From an uncultured Leptospiraceae bacterium (lineage in GTDB: Bacteria > Spirochaetota > UBA4802 > UB4802): a stretch of DNA of 64,000 nt. Below the pieces are notes generated by a model. It was not told where the DNA came from. It made no database searches and was given only the letters and a program-made list of their open reading frames with translations. Shown here piece by piece: positions 40,604 through 50,048 of this stretch (position 1 is the stretch's first letter; each line of letters begins with the position of its first letter). The position numbers and the translations under genes were made by a program. The stretch lies in the NCBI GenBank assembly GCA_964486725.1, contig CAZAOK010000001.1:49213-113212 (forward strand), in the 5' to 3' direction.

Positions 40604-41383
40604 ATGGATATAGCAACCATTGGTGGGTTAATTGCCGGTTTTACATTTATAATACTTGGGATACTGTTTGCCAAGGGTAATCCCCTTATGTTCTGGGATC
40701 CCGCGTCTGTTATGATTAGTCTTGGCGGCTCGTTTGCGGCCATCCTTATCTCCAATCCACTGGCAAAAGTACTGGGAGCGTGGAAAGTTGCCCGGTTTGC
40801 TTTTTTTGCTCCGAATATTAACCCTAATGAAATGATAATCACCCTTGTATCCTTCTCTGAAAAGGCAAGACGGGAAGGTCTTCTTGCGCTTGAAGATGAC
40901 CTTGACGAGCTTGATGATGATTTTCTTCGTAAGGGTATACAGCTGGTTGTTGATGGTACAGATCCGGAACTTGTACGGCGGATCATGGAAACCGAACTTG
41001 AGAACATAATATCCCGTCACGACGCCCAGCGTAAACTTTTCGAGGACTGGGCATTATTCGCCCCTGCCTTTGGTATGATCGGAACCCTGATAGGGCTTAT
41101 CCTGATGCTTGTTAATATCGAAGACAAGTCGGCGATCGGGCCTGGTATGTCCGCCGCTCTTATCACTACTCTTTATGGTGCCATTCTGGCAAACCTCGTA
41201 ATGCAGCCGGTTGCAAATAAGCTTGAACTGAGAGGTAACGAAGAGGTGCTCTTGAAACTTATTATGATAGAGGGTACATTATCCATACAGTCAGGTGACA
41301 ACCCGAGAATTGTTAAAGATAAGCTTATCTCTTTCCTTGAACCTGCTGAACGGGAGGCAATCACCAGCGAGGTGGGAGATTAA
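40604..41383 (+). CDS. motA: Flagellar motor stator protein MotA
   Basis: MotA/TolQ/ExbB channel pattern: PAFGMIGTLIGLILML and ALITTLYGAILANLVMQPVANKL. Confidence 0.93.
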   Translation: MDIATIGGLIAGFTFIILGILFAKGNPLMFWDPASVMISLGGSFAAILISNPLAKVLGAWKVARFAFFAPNINPNEMIITLVSFSEKARREGLLALEDDLDELDDDFLRKGIQLVVDGTDPELVRRIMETELENIISRHDAQRKLFEDWALFAPAFGMIGTLIGLILMLVNIEDKSAIGPGMSAALITTLYGAILANLVMQPVANKLELRGNEEVLLKLIMIEGTLSIQSGDNPRIVKDKLISFLEPAEREAITSEVGD

Positions 41384-42162
41384 TGAAGAAAAAGGAAAAA
41401 AAACAAAGGGCGGGTTCACCGGCGTGGATGACCACCTACGGTGATATGACAACCCTCCTTCTGACTTTTTTCATATTGATGTTTAATATTGCCGATATCA
41501 GTGGTAAAGACTTTTACCTGGTGCTTTCATCGTTTCGGGGATCATTGGGGATGTTTGAAGGTGGATATTCACTTTCAGCCGGTCGCCTGGAGGAGCTGGG
41601 CCAGAATATGCAGAACCTGCCTTCAAGTGAACAGGGACGTGCCCTTGCGAGAAGCCTGAAGCGGGCACTTGAAGCGTTTAAACCTGAAATCAAGGCAAAA
41701 AAAGTGCGGGTGCAGGATGATGAAAGGGGGCTGGTTATTACCCTGTCCGGGGACGCGTATTTTGATCCGGGAAGCGCGAAGTTGAAAGACGAGATAATAC
41801 CTGTACTGGACAAGGTTGGGGCCATCATTAAAAGCATCGATAACTATACGAGGATTGAAGGACATACGGACAACAGGCCTGTTGCCCCGCGGGGACTTGA
41901 AGAGGGGTATGATAATAACTGGGAGCTTTCGGCGGCCCGCTCAGTGAACGTGGTGGAGTACCTGTCTGAAGAGGAAAATGTAGAGCCGAAACAGCTTTCG
42001 TCGGTGGCTTTTGGCGAACACAGGCCGATAGATGATAACAATACACCCGAGGGAAGGGCATATAACCGGAGGGTGGATATTGTAATACTTCGTGACAGGG
42101 GAATGCCCGAGCAGACATCGTCGAAAATTTCAAGACCGCTTCCCGATGAAGAGTGGAGATAG
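41383..42162 (+). CDS. motB: Flagellar motor stator protein MotB (OmpA-like C-terminus)
   Basis: WMTTYGDMTTLLLTFFILMF plug/TM segment and an OmpA-like C-terminus (IEGHTDNRP, NWELSAARSVNV, NRRVDIVI). Start overlaps the motA stop. Confidence 0.93.
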   Translation: MKKKEKKQRAGSPAWMTTYGDMTTLLLTFFILMFNIADISGKDFYLVLSSFRGSLGMFEGGYSLSAGRLEELGQNMQNLPSSEQGRALARSLKRALEAFKPEIKAKKVRVQDDERGLVITLSGDAYFDPGSAKLKDEIIPVLDKVGAIIKSIDNYTRIEGHTDNRPVAPRGLEEGYDNNWELSAARSVNVVEYLSEEENVEPKQLSSVAFGEHRPIDDNNTPEGRAYNRRVDIVILRDRGMPEQTSSKISRPLPDEEWR

Positions 42163-42198
42163 GAGCATTTTGGAAATGTGGTTTAGTGACATAATCAT

Positions 42199-42262
42199 AA
42201 ATTAATTGACATTTGGTTTTATTATATTATGATGTCAATTAATTGCTTAAATTAATTGACTT
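42199..42262. promoter_or_regulatory. Three copies of AATTAATTGAC (two forming a perfect 13-bp inverted repeat)
   Basis: aattaattgacat at 42200-42212 and its exact complement atgtcaattaatt at 42232-42244, with a 19-nt AT-rich spacer. A third direct copy aaattaattgac lies at 42249-42260. All are in the motB-fliL intergenic region. Confidence 0.5.
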
Positions 42263-42401
42263 GAAGGTTACCTTGAGATAGATTGGGCGATTGTCGCTTT
42301 TTTGTGATGCAGGATGTCATGTGTGCTGTGCGCACCGGTTTTTGAAATAATATTTTATCAGCAAGGGTGAATAGCTGTAATTATTACGTGAAGGTGAACG
42401 T

Positions 42402-42938
42402 ATGGGTGACGAAGAACGAGTCAATGTTGATGATATCGAAGAGGAGGAGTCTGAGGGGTTAGCGCAAGCGCCGACGTCGTCAGATGCTTCCAGGGTTATA
42501 AAGCTGCTCCTGTATATCGCGGGGGCCATACTCCTGGTATTCATTGTGATAGGTATTTCATACCTGGTAACAAAATACGTACAGGAACAACGGTATGAGC
42601 GTGAGCAGGATATCGTTCTTGCGCCGCCGCCGGCTCCGCTTTCTCACTTTGATTTGCCATCGTTTTCGGTTACAACCAAGGATGCAGAGCCGCATTTTGC
42701 CAAGCTTACGGTATCTCTTGGATACGAAGAGAATGTTGGGTTAAACGCTGAGCTGGTGCAGCGAACGCCGCAGATTCAGCATATAGTCAATATTGTGCTG
42801 CGTGGAAAGAAATACGAGGACATGGATTCCGTTGAAGACACGGTGAACCTGTCAGAAGAAATAAAAGCGCATATTAATACAATATTGATTTCCGGGAAGA
42901 TTAAGGAGGTTTATTTCCGGGAATTTGTAGTTAACTAG
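42402..42938 (+). CDS. fliL: Flagellar basal-body-associated protein FliL
   Basis: Acidic N-terminus, a single TM (LLLYIAGAILLVFIVIGISYLV), and a FliL-type C-terminus ending KIKEVYFREFVVN. Confidence 0.85.
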   Translation: MGDEERVNVDDIEEEESEGLAQAPTSSDASRVIKLLLYIAGAILLVFIVIGISYLVTKYVQEQRYEREQDIVLAPPPAPLSHFDLPSFSVTTKDAEPHFAKLTVSLGYEENVGLNAELVQRTPQIQHIVNIVLRGKKYEDMDSVEDTVNLSEEIKAHINTILISGKIKEVYFREFVVN

Positions 42939-43011
42939 AATTATTTTTATTATCTTGTCAGTATAAGGCATAAAAAGTACGCCTTCAAGACTGATTGTTC
43001 GGAGGAATTAC

Positions 43012-44082
43012 ATGGGTGACGGATCACTGTCCCAGGACGAAATAGATGCTCTATTACAGGGAGCTGATGACATGTTGTCGGGGTCTGGTACGGCCCCTTC
43101 CGCGGAAGCCACACCTTCAAGCGGGCCCCTTTCGCCGGTAGCCCGTGATAATATCGGGGATCTCTTCAACGGGGCAATGGCTTCGGTTTCACCCGCATTG
43201 TCCGGATACCTGGGTAAAAACATTACCATATCCAATGCCATGGTGGAGGTGAAGACCGCTGATGCGTTGAGATCAGAGCATAACAAGCAGTATGTGCAAA
43301 TTGCCATGAATTTCACCGGTGGTGTTACCGGCGCCAACCTGATTATGTTTTCGATGAACGATGCCGGTGTTATTTCGTCTCTTATGATGGGGGACGATTC
43401 GGGTACTCCTCCATCCGAACTTACTGATGCCCATCAGAGTACCCTGCAGGAGTTTGTAAGCCAGATGCTTTCATCCACTGCGACACATATCAGTGAAAAC
43501 ATGGGACGCTCGATTAATACAACGGTACCTGAGCTTTCTGTGGCTGGAAACGGACAGGAATTGTCATTGCCGCAGGGAAACGAGCTTGTAAGAATAACCT
43601 ATAATCTGAATATTGAGGGGCTGGTAAATTCCCGTTTGTATCATATAATGGATCTCGGTCTGGCCCGTGAACTGGCAGGATCTCCAGGTCAAGCCGGGGG
43701 ATTTGGCGGGGGAGAACAGGTGCAGCAGATGCAGGAACCTTCCCAGCAGAGAGGGCCACAGGTAGGTATAAGTCCTGTTAAATTTCCACCCCTTGGGGAA
43801 GGGATGCCCGCGGCAGCATCGGGTAACATAAATTTGCTTTTAGATGTCCCGATGACCCTTACCGTGGAACTGGGACGAACAAGACAGCTGGTAAAAGACA
43901 TACTCGGACTTGGAGAAGGCTCTATTATAGAACTGGATAAGCTTGCCGGTGAACCGGTTGACCTGCTTGTAAATGGAAAGCTTATTGCCAAGGGTGAGGT
44001 TGTCGTCATTGATGAAAACTTCGGTGTGCGTGTAACAGACATAGTGAGTCCGGCTGAGCGGTTAAATAAAATACAGGTGTAA
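43012..44082 (+). CDS. fliY: Flagellar motor switch protein FliY (CheY-binding peptide + CheC-like domain + FliN/SpoA domain)
   Basis: N-terminal LSQDEIDALL. The middle region aligns to CheC-type repeats. C-terminus LLDVPMTLTVELGRTRQLVKDILGLGEGSIIELDKLAGEPVDLLVNGKLIAKGEVVVIDENFGVRVTDIV. GGAGG upstream. Confidence 0.85.
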   Translation: MGDGSLSQDEIDALLQGADDMLSGSGTAPSAEATPSSGPLSPVARDNIGDLFNGAMASVSPALSGYLGKNITISNAMVEVKTADALRSEHNKQYVQIAMNFTGGVTGANLIMFSMNDAGVISSLMMGDDSGTPPSELTDAHQSTLQEFVSQMLSSTATHISENMGRSINTTVPELSVAGNGQELSLPQGNELVRITYNLNIEGLVNSRLYHIMDLGLARELAGSPGQAGGFGGGEQVQQMQEPSQQRGPQVGISPVKFPPLGEGMPAAASGNINLLLDVPMTLTVELGRTRQLVKDILGLGEGSIIELDKLAGEPVDLLVNGKLIAKGEVVVIDENFGVRVTDIVSPAERLNKIQV

Positions 44083-44093
44083 CGATACAGTAA

Positions 44094-44834
44094 ATGAGAA
44101 AGGTTTATTCAATTATAATCATCATTTTGTTTTGCGGGGCATTTGCGTTATGTCCCATTAAGACATGTGATCAGTTTCATCCTGTTTCTGGCGCGGCATA
44201 TGCTGCTGATGAAACCGGTAAGCCTGAAGCCGGCAAAAAGAAAGAAAAGAAAACATCGGATGAAACAGATATTACCGGTAAGAAAAAAGCCGGAGAAACC
44301 GGGGAGAAGGGGCTTTACGATTACGAGGAGCCCTCAACTGAAGAACAATCCTATGGATGGCTGATATTTAAGACCATCCTTATTCTTGGCACCCTGGTTG
44401 CCGGGTTTTATTTCTTTTTCCAGTATGTAACAAAAAAGGCTGGAATTCAGACTGTGGGACAAAATGTTGTGCAGGTACTATCCATAGTGCCCGTGGGGCA
44501 GAATAAATTTCTTCAGGTCGTTGATATGGCGGGTAAGATCCTGGTGCTGGGAGTATCAGACAATAATATCAATCTTATTACCGAGATTCACGAGAAGGAC
44601 GAGATCGACAGAATTCGCCTGCTGAGTTCCAGGTCTGCGCCGCCTGCCGCGGGAGGTTTCCAGGAATTTGTAACGAATCAGGTCGGCAGGGTTTTTGACC
44701 GGGTTAGAGGTACCGGGAAGGATGCCCAATCGCAATACGGAAGAGATCATGATTTTGAAAAAGATTCCATGCAGTATCTCAACAGTCACAGATCACGTCT
44801 CAGGAAGTTAAATGGCGATGAAACGGATAATTAA
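44094..44834 (+). CDS. fliO: Flagellar biosynthesis protein FliO/FliZ-like
   Basis: Signal peptide, K/E-rich linker, a single TM (WLIFKTILILGTLVAGFYFFF), then VLSIVPVGQNKFLQVVDMAGKILVLGVSDNNINLITEI. Located upstream of fliP. Confidence 0.7.
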   Translation: MRKVYSIIIIILFCGAFALCPIKTCDQFHPVSGAAYAADETGKPEAGKKKEKKTSDETDITGKKKAGETGEKGLYDYEEPSTEEQSYGWLIFKTILILGTLVAGFYFFFQYVTKKAGIQTVGQNVVQVLSIVPVGQNKFLQVVDMAGKILVLGVSDNNINLITEIHEKDEIDRIRLLSSRSAPPAAGGFQEFVTNQVGRVFDRVRGTGKDAQSQYGRDHDFEKDSMQYLNSHRSRLRKLNGDETDN

Positions 44835-45597
44835 ATATTGCGCTGCGGCGATTATTTTTATTACGGTGCTGCTGGCTGCTGGTCAATTATTAGCCCAGGA
44901 CGCGGGTGGCGTCCGAATGCCTATACCTAAAATTGCCTTTGATGTCGAAGAGGCATCATCACCGAAAGATGTTGCTCTCAGCCTGCAAATATTATTTCTG
45001 CTGACCATATTGACCCTTGCCCCTTCTATCATTATGATGATGACCGCTTTTACCAGGGTTGTCATTGTTCTCGACTTTGTGAAAAGGGCATTGTCACTGC
45101 AGCAGATGCCTCCAACACAGGTAATTGTGGGGCTTTCCATATTTCTCACAATATTTATCATGGCTCCCACCTTTACCGAGGTGAATGATACAGCCCTGCA
45201 GCCATATCTCAACGGTAAAATCAGCAATGAGCAGTTTTTCGAACGGGGAATGGAGCCTATGCGTACATTCATGTTTAAACAGACGCGAAAGAAGGATATT
45301 GCGCTTTTTATCGAGCTTGCCAGGCTGGAGAAACCAGAAACACAGGAGGATGTACCGTCGTATTGTCTTATCCCCGCGTTTATGATCAGTGAGTTAAAAA
45401 AGGCTTTCGAGATTGGTGTATACCTGTTTATACCATTTATTGTTATAGATATGATTGTAGCCAGTGCGTTGATGGCGATGGGGATGATCATGCTTCCACC
45501 GGTTATGATTTCTCTGCCGTTTAAAATTATATTGTTTATACTGGTGGATGGCTGGAATCTGCTTACGTATGAACTGGTACGCTCATTTGTGCAGTAG
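44812..45597 (+). CDS. fliP: Flagellar export apparatus protein FliP
   Basis: LTILTLAPSIIMMMTAFTRVVIVLDFVKRALSLQQMPPTQVIVGLSIFLTIFIMAP and a conserved C-terminus. Confidence 0.95.
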   Translation: MAMKRIIKYCAAAIIFITVLLAAGQLLAQDAGGVRMPIPKIAFDVEEASSPKDVALSLQILFLLTILTLAPSIIMMMTAFTRVVIVLDFVKRALSLQQMPPTQVIVGLSIFLTIFIMAPTFTEVNDTALQPYLNGKISNEQFFERGMEPMRTFMFKQTRKKDIALFIELARLEKPETQEDVPSYCLIPAFMISELKKAFEIGVYLFIPFIVIDMIVASALMAMGMIMLPPVMISLPFKIILFILVDGWNLLTYELVRSFVQ

Positions 45598-45627
45598 TTC
45601 GTATAAATTGGAATCAGGGATGATATT

Positions 45628-45900
45628 ATGACAGATATTACTGTTATTAAAATAATGCGTGAAGCGTTGATGGTGGCAATGGTAGTGTCAGCTCCCATTC
45701 TTGGCATTGGCATGCTGGTCGGGTTGATCGTATCAATTTTTCAGACTACCACCTCAATACAGGAGCAGACGCTGACATTCGTTCCGAAGATACTGGCTAT
45801 TTTCGCGGCGTTAATCTTTTTTGCCTCGTGGATGATGCATACGTTAATCAATTACACGAAGGGCGTTTTTATGATGATCTCAAAGATTGGTGCCGGATAA
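45628..45900 (+). CDS. fliQ: Flagellar export apparatus protein FliQ
   Basis: 90 aa with two TM segments; FQTTTSIQEQTLTFVPKILAIF. Confidence 0.93.
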   Translation: MTDITVIKIMREALMVAMVVSAPILGIGMLVGLIVSIFQTTTSIQEQTLTFVPKILAIFAALIFFASWMMHTLINYTKGVFMMISKIGAG

Positions 45901-45901
45901 C

Positions 45902-46681
45902 ATGCAGTATTTTGTTCTACAATTTCAGATTTTTTTTCTTATCATGGTGCGCCTGGCAGCCATGTTTATGGTGGCCCCGTTTTTTTCAAGCGGGGTTATC
46001 CCTTTGAGGATCAAGGGTGTTGTAGCGTTTCTCATGACTCTTGTTATGTTTCCTATAGTGTCATCGATGGGGTATGAGCCCACAACCAATATGGGTTTAT
46101 TCGCGGTTATGGTTACACAGGAGATTATTATTGGTTTGTTTATTGGATTCCTTGTGGCGGTTATCTTTTCAGCATTTCAGCTTGCAGGACAGTTCTTTTC
46201 GGTGCAGATAGGTTTTGGTATTAACGAGGTGATTGATCCCCTGGCACAGGTGTCCATACCACTGATCGGGCAGTTTAAAAACCTGATTGCCCTTTTGCTT
46301 TTCCTGGCAATGAACGGTCATCATGTGCTGATTCAGGCAATCTATCGTTCTTATGAACTTGCGCCCGCTTTTTCCCTGAAGGGGAGCTCGAGCGAAGCAT
46401 TTTTGAAATTCCTGATGTACGCGTTCAGCGGTATGTTTGTAATCGCGTTAAAAATTGCAATGCCGGTGGTGGCTATTATTTTTTTAGTAACCATCAGCCT
46501 TGGTATTCTGGCAAAAGCGGCACCACAGATGAACATTATGATGCTGGGGTTTCCATTTAAGATAGCTGTAGCCTTTGGAATGCTGATCATGATTACCCCC
46601 CTTGTGGTGAGAATTATGAACGTATCAATAGAGAGAACTTTTAAATTTATAAGTACAGTGGTGCAACAATGGCCTGTATGA
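45902..46681 (+). CDS. fliR: Flagellar export apparatus protein FliR
   Basis: Polytopic; FFLIMVRLAAMFMVAPFFSS. ATG 45902 directly follows the fliQ stop; the ORF is open from TTG 45887. Confidence 0.92.
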   Translation: MQYFVLQFQIFFLIMVRLAAMFMVAPFFSSGVIPLRIKGVVAFLMTLVMFPIVSSMGYEPTTNMGLFAVMVTQEIIIGLFIGFLVAVIFSAFQLAGQFFSVQIGFGINEVIDPLAQVSIPLIGQFKNLIALLLFLAMNGHHVLIQAIYRSYELAPAFSLKGSSSEAFLKFLMYAFSGMFVIALKIAMPVVAIIFLVTISLGILAKAAPQMNIMMLGFPFKIAVAFGMLIMITPLVVRIMNVSIERTFKFISTVVQQWPV

Positions 46682-47886
46682 ATACTGTGAACGAGGGATG
46701 TGTGATTTCACCTGGAGAAGGGGATTTGAATACCTTTCAATACGACATAATGCTGGAATATCCTGAATATTGTCTTCCAGGCGGCCTGACCTTTGACCTG
46801 CAGCTATTTTCCGCAGAAGAGGAAGGGCGTACTGAAGAACCAACTGAGAAAAAGTTACGGGAAGCCCGCGAGAAAGGGCAAACCGCCAAAACCGAAGAGC
46901 TCACACAGGCAATTACAGTTATATTCGGATTTATGGTAATATTCTTTCTGGGAGGCTGGATACTTGAGACTATAATAAGGATGACAATTTTTTACCTGTC
47001 ATCCTTCTCGAATTTCACATTGACGAAACAGAGTATATTCAACGAATTTATAGCGGTTGCAAGTGAATCAGGTAAGATATTATTGCCGATTTTTGTAACC
47101 GCTTTCGTGGCGGCATTCGTGGGAAACGTGATCCAGGTTGGTTTTCAGTTTTCATCCCACCCCCTGAAGCTTGACTTTTCAAAGATTAAGTTTGATCCGG
47201 CCACCATCATGAAAAAGGTACTTTTCTCTAAACAGGTGGCTATGAACCTGTTCAAGTCATTGTTCAAGGTGCTGGCTATTGGTATAGTATGTTATCTCGT
47301 TATCTTAAGTGATTATGAAGTAATAATCAACTCACCGGACATCGGCATCAGCATGGCCCTGAAAGCAGTGTCCATTACCGGACTGAAAATAATAATATGG
47401 TCAGCTGTTCTTCTGCTGGTGCTGTCCATACCTGATTATTATTTTCAGAAACAGGAATTTATCGAGTCATTAAAGATGACAAAGCAGGAAACAAAAGAGG
47501 AGATGAAAGAAACTCTTGGTGATCCGCAGGTAAAGGCCAGGCTCCAGGAGATGCAGCGTGAGCTGGTAATGAAAAACATGATACAGGAAGTGCCCAGGGC
47601 AGACGTGGTAGTTACAAACCCTACTCATTACGCGGTAGCTCTCAAGTATGACAGGGCTGCCATGGATGCGCCGGTGATTATCGCCAAGGGAGCAGACAGC
47701 ATGGCTCTTCGAATCCGTGAGATTGCCAAGGAGAATGAAATTTTACTGATTGAAAACAGGTACCTTGCAAGGGAGATGTACAACAGGCTGGATATTGGTG
47801 ACATGATACCAGAAGATCTCTTTTACGCGGTTTCCCTTGTATATGCGGAGCTGTATCGAAAACAGGGTTTCAAAGAAGCCATATGA
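46678..47886 (+). CDS. flhB: Flagellar export switch protein FlhB
   Basis: FDLQLFSAEEEGRTEEPTEKKLREAREKGQ and autocleavage site NPTHY. ATG 46678 overlaps the fliR stop as ATGA; alternatives are ATG 46669 and ATG 46750. Confidence 0.93.
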   Translation: MNTVNEGCVISPGEGDLNTFQYDIMLEYPEYCLPGGLTFDLQLFSAEEEGRTEEPTEKKLREAREKGQTAKTEELTQAITVIFGFMVIFFLGGWILETIIRMTIFYLSSFSNFTLTKQSIFNEFIAVASESGKILLPIFVTAFVAAFVGNVIQVGFQFSSHPLKLDFSKIKFDPATIMKKVLFSKQVAMNLFKSLFKVLAIGIVCYLVILSDYEVIINSPDIGISMALKAVSITGLKIIIWSAVLLLVLSIPDYYFQKQEFIESLKMTKQETKEEMKETLGDPQVKARLQEMQRELVMKNMIQEVPRADVVVTNPTHYAVALKYDRAAMDAPVIIAKGADSMALRIREIAKENEILLIENRYLAREMYNRLDIGDMIPEDLFYAVSLVYAELYRKQGFKEAI

Positions 47887-47909
47887 GGTTGAAACAGGGG
47901 ATATAATTT

Positions 47910-50015
47910 ATGGCAGAACAGAAAATGAAATCCAATCTCTCGCAGGATTTGCGATGGATGCAGAAGTCTGATGTATTGATGGGGCTTGGTGTTATTGCTG
48001 TAGTGACCATGCTGATCATACCGCTGCCAACCTTTCTTTTGGACTTCCTCATGGCCCTCAGTGTAATGATTGGTATTTTAACACTCCTGGTGGTAATGTT
48101 TGTTGCCAGGTCATTTGATTTTTCTGTATTCCCGTCGTTATTGCTTGTTACCACTGTGTTCAGGCTTGCCCTTAACGTATCCTCTACAAGGCTGATTCTG
48201 CTTGAAGGGTCTGCTTTTGATGGGAAGATCGTGCGTACTTTCGGGGAGTTTGTAGTGGGGGGTAATTACGTTGTTGGTTTCATAATATTTATTATACTTG
48301 TCGCGGTTCAGTTTATTGTTATCACCAAGGGTGCAACAAGAACCGCAGAAGTTGCTGCCCGGTTTACCCTGGATGCAATGCCCGCAAAGTTGATGAGCAT
48401 AGACTCTGACCTTTCAAACGGTATCATTACGGAAGAGGAAGGATTGAAACAGAGAAAGGAAGTTCGAAAGGAGTCGGATTTCTACGGGGCCATGGATGGT
48501 GCGTCAAAATTTGTCCAGGGTGATGTCAAAGTTGGCATCGTTATCACCATTATAAATATCATCGGTGGATTTATTGTTGGAATGGTAATGCGGGGAGAAA
48601 GTTTTCAAAATGCCCTTGAGACCTATACCCTCTTGAGTATTGGTGACGGGCTTGTAGCACAGATCCCGTCGCTTTTGATAACAACGGCAACAGGTATTAT
48701 CGTTACCCGGGCAGTATCAGATGATAATCTTGGCACCGACCTGTCCAACCAGCTCGGCTCACAACCCAGGGCCCTTTTCCTTACCGCGGGGGCGCTTGGA
48801 GCCTCGGTTCTTATTCCGGGATTTCCCAAGATTTCAGTTCTGCTCATATCCATTTCGCTGGCAGCGCTGGGATATGTGCTGATGCAGACGAAAGAAGAGG
48901 AAGAAGAAAAATCACGCATGGAAGAGAAAGAAGCGTCACTGCGTGAACACAAGCCTGAATCTGTGCTGCCATTGATACAGGTTGATCCCCTGGAGCTTGA
49001 AATAGGGTACAGCCTGATCCCCCTTGCTGATCCTGACCAGGGGGGTACCCTCCTTGAGAGAATTACCAATATCAGGAGAAGAAGCGCCCTTGAAATGGGC
49101 CTGATTGTCCCCCCCATCCGTATACGTGATAACATGGAACTGGGCCCGCAGGAATATTCACTGCTGATAAAAGGCGTAGAGGTGGGACGGGGAACCCTGC
49201 AGGTTGGGAATCTCATGGCAATGGACCCGGGTACTGTTGAAGAGAAGATCGAAGGCCGGGAATTCATTGAACCTGTGTTTAACCTGAAGGCAATATGGAT
49301 TGATACTGAAACCCGTGATATCGCAGAGAGAAAAGGATACACTGTCGTTGATTGTCCCACCATTATTGCCACACACCTGACTGAACTTATTAAGAGACAT
49401 GCTGATGAAATACTGGGCAGGCAGGAAGTGCAGCAGCTTATCGACAATATCAAGAATGATTACCCGGCAGTCGTGAACGAATTGATAGGCGAGAAAAAGA
49501 TGACACTTGGGGAGATACAAAAAGTGTTGCAGTCACTGCTTCGTGAACGGGTCTCAATTCGTAACATGGTAACCATTATGGAAACACTTGCAAGTTACGC
49601 GGATTACACGAAGGATATCGGGTTACTGGCTGAATATGTACGCGTCGCGCTGGCCAGGCAGATATGCCGGGAATATGTGGATACTGACAAGGTATTATCG
49701 GTCATCACTGTTGATCCGGAGATTGAAAACGCAATTAGAACTTCTATCCACGATGATCCAGTTGAAGGACGGGTAGTCGGGCTTGATCCGGATACTCATT
49801 CGAGGGTCTTGAAATCGCTGCTTGAAGCATACACCGAGGCAAGAAACGCGGGATTTCTCCCGGTATTTTTGGTGTCGCCGCAGATACGCAGTGTCACCTT
49901 TACACTGCTGGAGAGGGAGGTGCCTGAACCGGTAGTGTTCTCATATAATGAAATAGTACCTGACATACAGGTGAACATAGTGGCAACAGCATTGTTGTCT
50001 AAGCAAAGCGCGTGA
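47910..50015 (+). CDS. flhA: Flagellar export gate protein FlhA
   Basis: 701 aa. An N-terminal TM domain with FPSLLLVTTVFRLALNVSSTRLIL, and a cytoplasmic domain conserved throughout. Confidence 0.97.
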   Translation: MAEQKMKSNLSQDLRWMQKSDVLMGLGVIAVVTMLIIPLPTFLLDFLMALSVMIGILTLLVVMFVARSFDFSVFPSLLLVTTVFRLALNVSSTRLILLEGSAFDGKIVRTFGEFVVGGNYVVGFIIFIILVAVQFIVITKGATRTAEVAARFTLDAMPAKLMSIDSDLSNGIITEEEGLKQRKEVRKESDFYGAMDGASKFVQGDVKVGIVITIINIIGGFIVGMVMRGESFQNALETYTLLSIGDGLVAQIPSLLITTATGIIVTRAVSDDNLGTDLSNQLGSQPRALFLTAGALGASVLIPGFPKISVLLISISLAALGYVLMQTKEEEEEKSRMEEKEASLREHKPESVLPLIQVDPLELEIGYSLIPLADPDQGGTLLERITNIRRRSALEMGLIVPPIRIRDNMELGPQEYSLLIKGVEVGRGTLQVGNLMAMDPGTVEEKIEGREFIEPVFNLKAIWIDTETRDIAERKGYTVVDCPTIIATHLTELIKRHADEILGRQEVQQLIDNIKNDYPAVVNELIGEKKMTLGEIQKVLQSLLRERVSIRNMVTIMETLASYADYTKDIGLLAEYVRVALARQICREYVDTDKVLSVITVDPEIENAIRTSIHDDPVEGRVVGLDPDTHSRVLKSLLEAYTEARNAGFLPVFLVSPQIRSVTFTLLEREVPEPVVFSYNEIVPDIQVNIVATALLSKQSA

Positions 50016-50048
50016 TGAAATATTTTACAAAACGAGGAGAATGGTGTT

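Noticed and set aside
44883-45713. Long antisense ORFs opposite well-supported genes: 44883-45713 (276 aa, opposite fliP/fliQ), 48623-49453 (276 aa, opposite flhA), 27177-27917 (246 aa) and 52314-53024 (236 aa).
   Set aside because: Each lies fully inside, or opposite, a gene with strong family signatures. Their translations are low-complexity or S/R/C/H-biased with no motifs, and none has a convincing RBS. They are most likely frame artefacts.
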